30,418 bases of DNA. It comes from a virus. The stretch lies in IMG/VR virus record IMGVR_UViG_3300033489_000513, one strand, 5' to 3'. Both the position numbers and the translations under genes were made by a program. The notes beneath the pieces were generated by a model. The model worked only from the letters and a program-made list of their open reading frames with translations, searched no databases and was not told the origin of the DNA. Below, piece by piece: positions 16,088-24,525 of the stretch; the first letter of the stretch is position 1; the number at the start of each line of letters is the position of its first letter.

Positions 16088-17703
16088 TTTCTCAATCCCT
16101 TCTTCATCGCTTTGATTTTTACAATTCGTTCATCATATAATTGCAAGACAAATTCTTGTATGAGTGGTTTTTTATCGGGCGCAGTTTGGAAATTACGGCA
16201 AGTCCAAAAACACCCATTTCCATCATTTTGTTTTTCAGTACGCCAATCGAGAGGACATTGGAGTTTCCCAAGACTCAGAGGCGCAACCCGTCCTTCTTTG
16301 AAGAAAGAATAGGGCCATCTATGTTCTGATGGTTCGGGCCACATTTTCGGATCCATCGAACACATTCCCCACGTACAGTAATTATATCTGCATCCAGGAA
16401 CATTACTATCTTCTGATTCGAGTTTCATTCCATTAGCAATAGCATCTCGAAACTGCTTTAAAACTTTAAGATAGTGAACTCGGGAAAAATTAAGATATAG
16501 GTGAAGCTTTTCCAAAGCATCGTGACAGAGCCTGCAATAAACCGTATATTCCACGGTTTCCATCTTTCCGCAATAAGAACAATGTTGATCATATGAAATC
16601 GCGGTTTTCTTCTTGCGATTATACTCCTCCCAATAAGCTTGTCTGCCTGACATACTCCCACCGCTAAAGCTCGTGGGTTCTGTTGTTAGCGGGATTCTCG
16701 CCAGAGCAACTATAGGGATATCAGTGTTCCCTTTGCAGGCATCTCTGTCTGTCTGCAATCGACCTACGTTTGGACGCTTTGCAATATTGAATCCTGCATT
16801 GCTGTCTGCGTGGTCAACGTGCCCGCAGGTCGGGCACTTGAACTCCTTTCTATTCCTAGTTCCTATTTGCCCGCACCGACTGCATTCCTTCGATGTATAT
16901 GCGGGATCAACATAGGCGACTTCCACGCCCCGCAGCTTGGCCTTATATTCTATCATTATTTGGAGCTGGTAGAACGACCAACTGTTCTTGGCATAGCGGA
17001 ATGACTTTACCTGTTTCGTATTCTGCCTAATATCCGTTAAATCTTCGAGCTTGATGCCTTTGCCAGATTCTTTGGCAACATCCACTATCTTTCTTGACAC
17101 GTTATGATTAATATTCTTGACTATACGCCTTTCCCGGTCTTTAATTTGTTTGACTTTGCCGTACTTACCTTTATGTTGAAGGTCTTTGCGTATATTTTTA
17201 TACTTTTGATGAATGTGGAGGGCGGTTTTTCCCAACTTCAAAACCTTACCTGTCTCGGGGTCAGAGACAACCGCTATGTGCCCCGTGGTATTCCTGTCCA
17301 CGCCTATCCAGCTTGATACTCTAACAAGATTAGGTTCAGGAATTGATATTGAGATATAGGCATACTCTTCGCCAACCTCTATTTGATTAACCTTTTCGAA
17401 AGTGTCAGGAAAGTCGTATCTCAAAGAGAGCGCGAGACATGGCGCAGAAATGATTCGAGTAGCGCGGTCAACCCTAATTCCTTGGTGAGGGATGGCGAGC
17501 TTGACGTGCTTGACTTGCTTGGCTCTTCCATCGTTGCTATACTTTCTAAGTATCTGGTTAGCGATCATCGACTTTAGACCGAGATGTTTCACATCTTTAG
17601 AGCTGCGACTACGTGTTAGGATAGCATAATGGGCTACTTTCTTAGCTTTTCTTAATTCCTCCGAGAAATCTTTCCCGTGCTTGATTTTGTAGGTTAGTAT
17701 CAT
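16078..17703 (-). CDS. tnpB: TnpB RNA-guided nuclease fused in frame to the C-terminal 189 aa of a Cys-rich viral protein (541 aa)
   Basis: RuvC-I IGVDRN, RuvC-II KLEDL, WSFYQLQIMIEYKA, Zn finger CSRCG..CPTCG, RuvC-III HADSNAGFNIA; no stop codon before the IS right end. Confidence 0.9.
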   Translation of the reverse strand: MILTYKIKHGKDFSEELRKAKKVAHYAILTRSRSSKDVKHLGLKSMIANQILRKYSNDGRAKQVKHVKLAIPHQGIRVDRATRIISAPCLALSLRYDFPDTFEKVNQIEVGEEYAYISISIPEPNLVRVSSWIGVDRNTTGHIAVVSDPETGKVLKLGKTALHIHQKYKNIRKDLQHKGKYGKVKQIKDRERRIVKNINHNVSRKIVDVAKESGKGIKLEDLTDIRQNTKQVKSFRYAKNSWSFYQLQIMIEYKAKLRGVEVAYVDPAYTSKECSRCGQIGTRNRKEFKCPTCGHVDHADSNAGFNIAKRPNVGRLQTDRDACKGNTDIPIVALARIPLTTEPTSFSGGSMSGRQAYWEEYNRKKKTAISYDQHCSYCGKMETVEYTVYCRLCHDALEKLHLYLNFSRVHYLKVLKQFRDAIANGMKLESEDSNVPGCRYNYCTWGMCSMDPKMWPEPSEHRWPYSFFKEGRVAPLSLGKLQCPLDWRTEKQNDGNGCFWTCRNFQTAPDKKPLIQEFVLQLYDERIVKIKAMKKGLRKCP

Positions 17704-17783
17704 TTCTTCTTCTGCTCCTCGATAATCTTTGGTAGACGGATTCATCCCACCACTAAAGTCGTAGGTTTTCTCCTACGTTCTCC
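16647..17783 (-). mobile_element. IS200/IS605-family, TnpB-only (IS1341-type) element, 1137 bp
   Basis: Related subterminal hairpins at 17746-17765 (left) and 16657-16677 (right); right end ...GGGAGTATGTCAG; TTAC immediately 5' of the left end; removal restores an intact ORF; no tnpA. Confidence 0.85.
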
Positions 17784-17844
17784 GTAATTCTTCGGGAGAA
17801 GGGGGTTCAGTTGATGCTTCGGATTTTTCATGATAAAATAACAT
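17784..17844 (-). pseudogene. 5' fragment (20 codons) of the viral gene interrupted by the IS
   Basis: GAGGT upstream of ATG 17844. MLFYHEKSEASTEPPSPEEL joins RRQAYWEEY... in frame on excision, giving 209 aa. Confidence 0.75.
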
Positions 17845-17910
17845 TAAACAACCTCAGAGAGTCTGTACGATTTTTTTTGAATAATAACGAATATATGTGA
17901 GAGGTTTCAT

Positions 17911-18249
17911 TTAAGGGTTTGTGAGAGGTTTATTCTGAATGCGATGGGTGAAATCTTTGTCTAGTGGGATTGGATCATTTAAATCATACATTTGGCATCG
18001 TTCACATTCCCTAACACACCACCTATTAGGGAAAAGGGAAACATTATCTGGTTTTAGGTGTCCCCCTTCCGAAGTTCCTGGATTTCTGGGAGCCCACGGG
18101 AGTTCTCCATCTGCCAAATATTCATAATCATCCTCATCAATACTTAATTGATTGCGCGGGCGATTATTAATGCCCCACGCTTTGTGGCATTTTCCATCAC
18201 ATTTGATGTTGACTTTTCGATAAAAGAAAATAATCTGGGCGGCTGGCAT
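17911..18249 (-). CDS. Cys-rich hypothetical protein, 112 aa
   Basis: CDGKCHKAWGINNRP...PGTSEGGHLKP...NRWCVRECERC. Confidence 0.7.
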   Translation of the reverse strand: MPAAQIIFFYRKVNIKCDGKCHKAWGINNRPRNQLSIDEDDYEYLADGELPWAPRNPGTSEGGHLKPDNVSLFPNRWCVRECERCQMYDLNDPIPLDKDFTHRIQNKPLTNP

Positions 18250-18482
18250 TAGATTTCATCTTCCCAATCTTGGATTTCATCTGGGAGTAATCGTTTGATT
18301 TCCCCCTTTTTATTGGGAGGATAAACCCACATTTGGAAGTCGCATTGCGTGCAAGCCACGCTAGCGCGCCCCCAATCAGGTTCAACATAAAAAAGGTCAC
18401 TATTACAAAGATCGCACGTTTCATCTGGAATATCAAAGGGAACCTTTTCATCGGTTTTGGGATTAATGTAATAACATCGCAT
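18249..18482 (-). CDS. Zn-ribbon protein, 77 aa
   Basis: CDLC...CTQC; TAATG overlaps. Confidence 0.65.
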   Translation of the reverse strand: MRCYYINPKTDEKVPFDIPDETCDLCNSDLFYVEPDWGRASVACTQCDFQMWVYPPNKKGEIKRLLPDEIQDWEDEI

Positions 18483-18694
18483 TATTTATAACTTCCATAA
18501 AAATCCTTATTATATTCTTTCAGAAATTCTATTTTCCTTTGATTGATTTTTGCAAGTTCTTCTGGCGTTTGATCCACTTTCAAGGATTCGAAATAATCAC
18601 AACAAGAACATTCATTTCCGATTTTGACGGGATTGTAAACCATATACCCGTCCCCACATTTTGAACAAACTTTTAATTTCACATTAATCACCAA
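18482..18694 (-). CDS. Zn-ribbon protein, 70 aa
   Basis: CSKC...CSCC. Confidence 0.65.
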   Translation of the reverse strand: MVINVKLKVCSKCGDGYMVYNPVKIGNECSCCDYFESLKVDQTPEELAKINQRKIEFLKEYNKDFYGSYK

Positions 18695-18889
18695 CTTACC
18701 TTGTGAGAAGAGATTAATAAAGATTTAGGAGAAAACCGAGGAAGACGAGAAAAAAAGGGGTAAATTGATCAAATCATCAACACTTGTAAAGAAGTTGCAG
18801 CGGTTCTGATCAATATTTAGGGTTATTTAATCCCAATCTTCACGATTACTTTTGAGGTCTCGGAAAATTGTACAGAATTGAGAAAAACA

Positions 18890-18941
18890 GTCGCGAAACG
18901 GTCGCGAAACGGTCGCGAAACGGTCGCGAAGGTCGCGAAAC
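18890..18941 (+). repeat. Tandem repeat of GTCGCGAAACG (three perfect 11-mers plus two shortened copies)
   Basis: Copies start at 18890, 18901, 18912, 18923 and 18932; each contains the palindrome TCGCGA. Confidence 0.95.
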
Positions 18942-18970
18942 CTTAAATACTCACAAACCATCTCATTCAT
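18934..18970 (+). promoter_or_regulatory. Putative archaeal promoter (BRE-TATA) for the rightward operon
   Basis: CGCGAAA-CCTTAAATA, then 21 nt to ATG 18971 (leaderless spacing). Confidence 0.6.
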
Positions 18971-19189
18971 ATGAATAAAAAAGACGATCCCGAATATCAT
19001 AAAAATTGGCGCAAGGAACAAAAACAGAAAGTTCTAACGATTATTTCTACAGTGGAACAAGTACTTGAAATTTTCAGAAAATCCGCGAGAGATTATAATT
19101 ATTTATTGGCGGATGATACAATCAATACCGTTGCAAAAATCGAAGAAAATGTAAAAGAGTGGAGAATTCGATATGAACCCCGAAAATAA
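18971..19189 (+). CDS. Hypothetical protein, 72 aa
   Basis: ORF track; promoter upstream. Confidence 0.65.
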   Translation: MNKKDDPEYHKNWRKEQKQKVLTIISTVEQVLEIFRKSARDYNYLLADDTINTVAKIEENVKEWRIRYEPRK

Positions 19190-19616
19190 ACAATTAAGCG
19201 TTGCAGAAGAGCTTAGACAAGCGAAAGAACGATTAAAGAATCAAACCAAACAGATAATCGATGAAATAAATATTGATATCGAACAAGAGAAAACTAAATC
19301 CAATTCTCGAAGATCTCAGAATGAAATTATTCAAGAAAAAATAGAGAAATTCCGTCAAGAAATAAATACAGATATTGAAGAGAGATTTGCAAAAAAGCTT
19401 GAAGAGATAGAAGAGATAAAACAACAAGCATCTTTTATAGTAAAAAAGTTATCTCTTTACCGGGCTATGCGGGGACGTATTATCGCAAAGGAAATTAAAT
19501 TGCTTGGAAATATGTGCGGGGTTTCCTTTGAAACTTTAGAACAATACGATCTACCGCGTGGATATGGAAATCATAACCTTTATTATAATGATTCAAAAAA
19601 GACTATCTCAAAATAG
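19173..19616 (+). CDS. Coiled-coil protein, 147 aa
   Basis: E/K/Q-rich heptads; GGAG upstream. Confidence 0.7.
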   Translation: MNPENKQLSVAEELRQAKERLKNQTKQIIDEINIDIEQEKTKSNSRRSQNEIIQEKIEKFRQEINTDIEERFAKKLEEIEEIKQQASFIVKKLSLYRAMRGRIIAKEIKLLGNMCGVSFETLEQYDLPRGYGNHNLYYNDSKKTISK

Positions 19617-19672
19617 TCAATTTTTATATATTCTCTTTACTATATTATTTGTGAGAATTAGTGTTGAGGATT

Positions 19673-20389
19673 ATGAAAAAAACTCTGAGAAACTTCCTTA
19701 AAATTCCGCGATATACTGCAAAAGTAATTCGAAAGGTTAAAAATCGACCAGGAGAATGGGATTCTCTAAAGGTAGGCATTTTCCAAGATAAAAAACAAAT
19801 TGGATCCTATGTGCGAAATTATCATAATTTAAGTAAAACATTCTTCCCCTTCGAACATAAAGGGAAATGGTACGCTCTTTTTTCCCGAGAATATACCCGA
19901 ACCGAGATTATGGTATTACCTACTTGTGAGATTATCGGGAGCGAGCCTCCTGTGAAAGGGGAAGGTTTCTGTCCCGTGGAATTTTATGTCCCAAATTATA
20001 TCCAAGTCAAATTCGCGGATGGCACTGGCAAGAGGGAATGGTGTTATGACCCCTTGATTGATGTTGATAAATGGAAACTCGATCCTGCAAAAGGAAATGA
20101 ATATGAATTTCACTATTTTGATGTGGGATTCGTTGCAGGATGCATTTGGGGGGATGATTGGAGCTGGAAAGTGCAACATCTTGATCTCTCACAAATTGAA
20201 AAAGGGGTTATTACTCGGAGTGAAAAGTTCGGGTACGTATCGTTGGGGCGGAATTGTTCCCTCGAAAATTCAGTGGATATGATTATGTTCGATCCCAATG
20301 CTTATCGAATTTTATTAGCTATTTCTAAATGTTATTATGTGAATCCTGATGAAGCAAAAGATTATTCAAAATATACTACTGATGACTAA
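19673..20389 (+). CDS. Hypothetical protein, about 238 aa
   Basis: GAGGA upstream of ATG 19673; globular (GFCPVEFYVP, GFVAGCIWGDDWSWKVQHLDLS). Confidence 0.75.
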   Translation: MKKTLRNFLKIPRYTAKVIRKVKNRPGEWDSLKVGIFQDKKQIGSYVRNYHNLSKTFFPFEHKGKWYALFSREYTRTEIMVLPTCEIIGSEPPVKGEGFCPVEFYVPNYIQVKFADGTGKREWCYDPLIDVDKWKLDPAKGNEYEFHYFDVGFVAGCIWGDDWSWKVQHLDLSQIEKGVITRSEKFGYVSLGRNCSLENSVDMIMFDPNAYRILLAISKCYYVNPDEAKDYSKYTTDD

Positions 20390-20428
20390 ACCTTATATAT
20401 CCCTTTTTCCATATTACTTGTGAGAATC

Positions 20429-20902
20429 ATGAAAAATACCATCCAAAAAACATTATTTGATGGAAAAAAGTCCCCTATACAAGGAAAGATGAAAATATCA
20501 TCTAGCTTTTGTCATAGATGTGAGCACAATTTGACAAATAAAACATCCATCGGGCGCGGGTATGGTCCTGTTTGCTGGCGGAAATTGGGGTCAAGCGAGA
20601 TGGAACGGGAATTTATGAAGGCAGGAATCAAACGGGTTCCCCAAGCAACGGCAGGAGAAATCTTCGCTCAGCTCAAAATAAAAAAATGTTGGTGTGGAGA
20701 AGAACTCATTCCCGAAATTTGGGCGGATACCCACCAAAATAATGGATGGACTATTCCAGGATTCGAAGGAAAACCGTGGTTATTTATTCGTTGTTCTAAA
20801 TGTCATAAAGATATCGCTCTCTGGAAACTAGGTTATGTTGGCTCAAAAGAAGAGGAGGGAAAAGTATCACATCTCAATGTCCCCACTGTGGAACAACATT
20901 AA
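20429..20902 (+). CDS. DUF6011-like Zn-binding protein
   Basis: CHRCEHNLTNKTSIGRGYGPVCWRK fits the CxxC..LT...S..RG.GP.C pattern; second CWCG...CSKC. Confidence 0.7.
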   Translation: MKNTIQKTLFDGKKSPIQGKMKISSSFCHRCEHNLTNKTSIGRGYGPVCWRKLGSSEMEREFMKAGIKRVPQATAGEIFAQLKIKKCWCGEELIPEIWADTHQNNGWTIPGFEGKPWLFIRCSKCHKDIALWKLGYVGSKEEEGKVSHLNVPTVEQH

Positions 20903-21117
20903 GGCCCTTTGCCTATCGAAGATTACGGGAGGTGGGACAAATTGGTTTTATCTGCCCTTCTTGCAAAGTAGGGATAATTACTGCTGGCAGTCCGGCGCTT
21001 ATAAAACTTGCAGAATATGAGGGGCGGGATCTTGAAATAGAATGGATGGATGAAATAGAGATCGATGCCACCAAATTGAAAATAAATAATGAGTTGACAA
21101 ATAATGACAAAACTTGA
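20866..21117 (+). CDS. Zn-ribbon ORF lacking a canonical start before its first CxxC
   Basis: The frame reads ITSQCPHCGTTLRP...GFICPSCKVG; the first GTG (20932) lies downstream of CPHC. Confidence 0.5.
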   Translation: MTSQCPHCGTTLRPFAYRRLREVGQIGFICPSCKVGIITAGSPALIKLAEYEGRDLEIEWMDEIEIDATKLKINNELTNNDKT

Positions 21118-21718
21118 AACTTATAAAAAACACCGGATGGAGTGGATAACGAACGCTGTTCAACAAGTGTTAGATGCATATGGAAAACCACTTCCCGAAC
21201 GCGATAACGTGAAAAAGATTATGGAAGAAATGATAAATGAATATCAAATGCCAGGAAGCTATGAAGATTATGCCCGAAAACTGCTCCATATGATTTTGTT
21301 ATTATTACATCGGGAAGGTCCCCAAAAAATTAGAGGTTTATTTTGGAAAAATCTTCCCATTTTACGAAGAAAATTGTCCGAAGCAGAACTCATACCCACT
21401 ATCGATGAAGATATCATTAGTTCTTTAACTCTCCTTAAGATTCCACTAGATTTACACCAAAATCTCATTCCGAAAGTAAGGAAAATATATCATTATGCGA
21501 GGAAAACTCGAAATGGATTGTTAACGGCGATCTTTCTCGCCCATCAGACCTTAGAAGGGGAGAATGAACGATTTATTTTATCTCAAACTAAATTCACTCA
21601 TATCGCGGGATTAACTGACGTAACATTACGTAATAACATTCAATATGTCGAATCTCACTTCCAAAAGGATACTAATTCTGAAGTTTGTGAGAGTTTAAAT
21701 GGTCTTGATACTAAATAA
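21104..21718 (+). CDS. TFB-like cyclin-fold protein without Zn ribbon
   Basis: GLLTAIFLA..LSQTKFTHIAGLTDVTLRNN resembles the TFB C-terminal cyclin/HTH. Confidence 0.6.
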   Translation: MTKLETYKKHRMEWITNAVQQVLDAYGKPLPERDNVKKIMEEMINEYQMPGSYEDYARKLLHMILLLLHREGPQKIRGLFWKNLPILRRKLSEAELIPTIDEDIISSLTLLKIPLDLHQNLIPKVRKIYHYARKTRNGLLTAIFLAHQTLEGENERFILSQTKFTHIAGLTDVTLRNNIQYVESHFQKDTNSEVCESLNGLDTK

Positions 21719-21732
21719 TAGAATGTGAGAAT

Positions 21733-23364
21733 ATGTCCGATGATTATGTCGAATTGGTTGTAAAAATCATAAAAAAATACGAATCTGGAAAAGCAGTACA
21801 AGTCCAAACCCCCAGCGGAAAGAAATTTAATGCTCCAAATGCTACTATCAAGGGAAATCTCGATCAATTAAATGTGTGGCAAAAAGTGGAAATTGTTCAG
21901 AGTATTTTAGAGGATCCTCAGAAAAATCTTAGTGAAGGAGATATTGTTCAAGAAATACCAAATGATTCCGCTTCTCAAAAAGAACAACAAAAGAATGAAA
22001 CTATTTCCGCTTCAGATTTACTCAAGAAATCAATCGATAAACCCGAAGATAAAAATGAAAAACCACATGTAAAATCTCCCGCAAAATCAATCTTCGCTAA
22101 AAAATTAGAAAAAGTAGCCCCTTCTTCTTTAACTGCATTAGTAGATCCTTTCCAAAAAAATAATGATCTAACGAAATATGAAAAAATGAACAAGTGGCAA
22201 CTTTATGATATGGAACGTTCCCAGATCCAGCCATGTGCTTCCTTAAATCAATGGTTGATGTTTGTGAAATATTGTCAAGAACAAAATATCAAGTACGCAG
22301 CACGCGAAGTATATTTGGCGATTCAAGGGGGACTTTTCCGAATGCGGGATCAATTAGGGAATGAATTTATCGGACCATACAAAGGCAGTTATTATAAAGA
22401 AGATACAAAAGAATATGTAAGTTTAAAAGTAATCGATATTGTTGAGGAAGGAAAACCCCAGATTATGGAATCAATTCAATACAAACGTAAAAATACTGCT
22501 CGTTCCAAAAAACAAGCGTCCCCTCTCACCATCGAGTTCAGCGATGATGGGGAGAAGTGGAGTAAATATTGGGTCAAAGATACCCATCCAAAAATGGGGC
22601 GCGCCCGAGGTTATTCGACCGATTATCCTGATAAAGAACTTGAAATCGTGCGATGGTTTTCAGAATGCTATAAGGATAGATCCGATTCTTGGACACATAT
22701 GCCTAATCAAATGTTTAAGAAATCATTGGAAGCCGAATGGCATGACAAAGCGGCGGCAGAACACGCCCACGCGCAAGCGTATGAACCGGGCGTTTTAGGA
22801 TTCGTAATAAATAAACAAGGTATCCCTGAAGAAGATCAACTTCCTCCTTCCCAACGGAGGGAACCACTTGAAATAGTAACTGAAGCTTGTGAAAAAAAAG
22901 AAGAAGCTATTGAAAAAATGGAAGAAGCAAAAAAAGCTGAACAAAGAGGAGATTTGATAAAAGTTAATACTTTGAAAAAGGAAATAGCCGAATTAAACCC
23001 TGCCAAGAGAGCAGAAGAAGCTAAACAGTGGGAACAATTTATCACAAAGATTTATGGGGATAACCTCCCCATCATAAACGATCTCCTCCATAGCCAAGTC
23101 GGAGATGACCTTTTCGTGATTTCTCACGCCTTTACTGATTTCAAGGAAGAGGATGCGAAAGAACTCCTCAAACAACTTATCCGAATTGATGATGTGTATT
23201 TCTTCGAAACATTACGTTCTATCGTGGAAGAACGACAACACGATGCAGGAGACAAATCTTTTGGCATTAAGGCTCTTCCCCGTTTCATAAAAGAAGCGAT
23301 AAATACAAATACTTCAAGTAATATTCCAGATATAGATAAGGACGAGGAAAATTTCGATAAATGA
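21733..23364 (+). CDS. Bet/RecT-family single-strand annealing protein with long extensions
   Basis: MFVKYCQEQNIKYAAREVY, DDGEKWSKYW...PKMGRA, SWTHMPNQMFKKSLEA (Bet W..MP..M..K..E motif). Confidence 0.7.
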   Translation: MSDDYVELVVKIIKKYESGKAVQVQTPSGKKFNAPNATIKGNLDQLNVWQKVEIVQSILEDPQKNLSEGDIVQEIPNDSASQKEQQKNETISASDLLKKSIDKPEDKNEKPHVKSPAKSIFAKKLEKVAPSSLTALVDPFQKNNDLTKYEKMNKWQLYDMERSQIQPCASLNQWLMFVKYCQEQNIKYAAREVYLAIQGGLFRMRDQLGNEFIGPYKGSYYKEDTKEYVSLKVIDIVEEGKPQIMESIQYKRKNTARSKKQASPLTIEFSDDGEKWSKYWVKDTHPKMGRARGYSTDYPDKELEIVRWFSECYKDRSDSWTHMPNQMFKKSLEAEWHDKAAAEHAHAQAYEPGVLGFVINKQGIPEEDQLPPSQRREPLEIVTEACEKKEEAIEKMEEAKKAEQRGDLIKVNTLKKEIAELNPAKRAEEAKQWEQFITKIYGDNLPIINDLLHSQVGDDLFVISHAFTDFKEEDAKELLKQLIRIDDVYFFETLRSIVEERQHDAGDKSFGIKALPRFIKEAINTNTSSNIPDIDKDEENFDK

Positions 23365-24125
23365 GTGTGTGTTCTTTGGCGAAAGTGGAATTAATTAATG
23401 AAGCTTGCCCGTTCTGCGGCAGTTTCCAAGTTGGGAATTTAACGGGAGAAGAAACATGTTATCATTGTGGATCTATTTTAGGACCACGGATGGAAGTTAG
23501 ATGGGAACAACGGGATATTGTTAATTGCTATGACAAACGAATCCGAGTCCCATCCAATTTTAAACAGCATTATCCTAAAGAAATTAATGATTATCAAAAT
23601 CTCTTTTTCTGGTCCACGTCAGCGACTTATTCAGGAATTTCCGTACGAACAAGATCGCGAGCCGATTATCTATTTGCGAAAGCAAGCAAGACCCCCGTAT
23701 TTGAGCGATGGCAAGCAGAAGTCACATCAAAAAGAGCGCATACTTGCCGTTTTTCAAGACTTTATTTCTTGGCAATTGAAATGGCATCCCGCGAATATAA
23801 AGAAACTCTCCCCGAAATTTGGCAAAAACAAGCTCGTATCTCGGTAGAAACACGGAGAAAAATTATGCCTGCCTTTCTTCCCCATATGAACAAACGAAGA
23901 TTAATTGGTGTCTGCAAGAATTACAGGAATTTAGCGATAAAGAAAATCTGGGAAGAATATCAATTGACGGGGATAGGATATGGTTTAGTTAGCAAATATG
24001 CGAGAATTTTCAATTCTACTTATTCTAAAGTTCACTATTATCTACACCTTTATCACCCAGAATTTAATGGTAACAGACCAAAACTTGGTGAAAAAAATGT
24101 TGTTAATCAAAAAAGGAACGTTTAG
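23361..24125 (+). CDS. TFIIB-type Zn-ribbon protein (divergent TFB-like)
   Basis: CPFCGS...TGEETCYHCGSIL; helical remainder. Confidence 0.55.
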   Translation: MSVCSLAKVELINEACPFCGSFQVGNLTGEETCYHCGSILGPRMEVRWEQRDIVNCYDKRIRVPSNFKQHYPKEINDYQNLFFWSTSATYSGISVRTRSRADYLFAKASKTPVFERWQAEVTSKRAHTCRFSRLYFLAIEMASREYKETLPEIWQKQARISVETRRKIMPAFLPHMNKRRLIGVCKNYRNLAIKKIWEEYQLTGIGYGLVSKYARIFNSTYSKVHYYLHLYHPEFNGNRPKLGEKNVVNQKRNV

Positions 24126-24525
24126 CGCAGCTCATTTCCTGCCGAATTACAATGGAAAGTGTAGTAATATTCACGGACATACGTGGATATATGAAGTTCG
24201 ATTGAAAGGACATTTTCATTATACTGACCCTCAAAATTATGATGGAATTTGGTTAGATTTTGAAGGTGTTAAAAATATAATGGAACAATATGATCATTTA
24301 AATCTGAATGATTTCTTCACGAATCCCACTTGCGAAATAATTGCTTTAACATTAGGTAGAGAAATAGTGGAACTATTCCCCCAAGTTAAGGATATTACAC
24401 TCGCGCTTTTGGAATCTAATAAAGCGGGAGTGATAGTGGATTGGAAGGATATTCAATCTTTTTCCCAAGATTTATATGTAGAAAAGAAAAAAGAGAATGA
24501 AATTGAACAGAAAAAGGAAGGTTAA
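24097..24525 (+). CDS. queD: 6-carboxy-5,6,7,8-tetrahydropterin synthase
   Basis: FSAAHFL, CSNIHGHTW, LDF, DHLNLND, NPTCE; GGTGA upstream of ATG 24097. Confidence 0.92.
   Translation: MLLIKKGTFSAAHFLPNYNGKCSNIHGHTWIYEVRLKGHFHYTDPQNYDGIWLDFEGVKNIMEQYDHLNLNDFFTNPTCEIIALTLGREIVELFPQVKDITLALLESNKAGVIVDWKDIQSFSQDLYVEKKKENEIEQKKEG

Noticed and set aside
17704-17745. ORF-track start at 17745 for the 555-aa protein
   Set aside because: It lies at the foot of the IS left-end hairpin. ATG 17703 (MILTYK), behind GAGGAG, is the more plausible tnpB start.
16647-17783. Cas12f/type V CRISPR effector or IStron
   Set aside because: There is no repeat-spacer array, and IS200/IS605 end hairpins are present. 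Only 80 nt separate the left end from tnpB, too little for a group I intron core.
18890-18941. CRISPR array
   Set aside because: The units are only 9-11 bp and directly adjacent, with no spacers and no cas genes.
23998-24096. N-terminal extension of QueD in the ORF track
   Set aside because: It overlaps the upstream gene. QueD similarity begins at ATG 24097, which has a GGTGA RBS.
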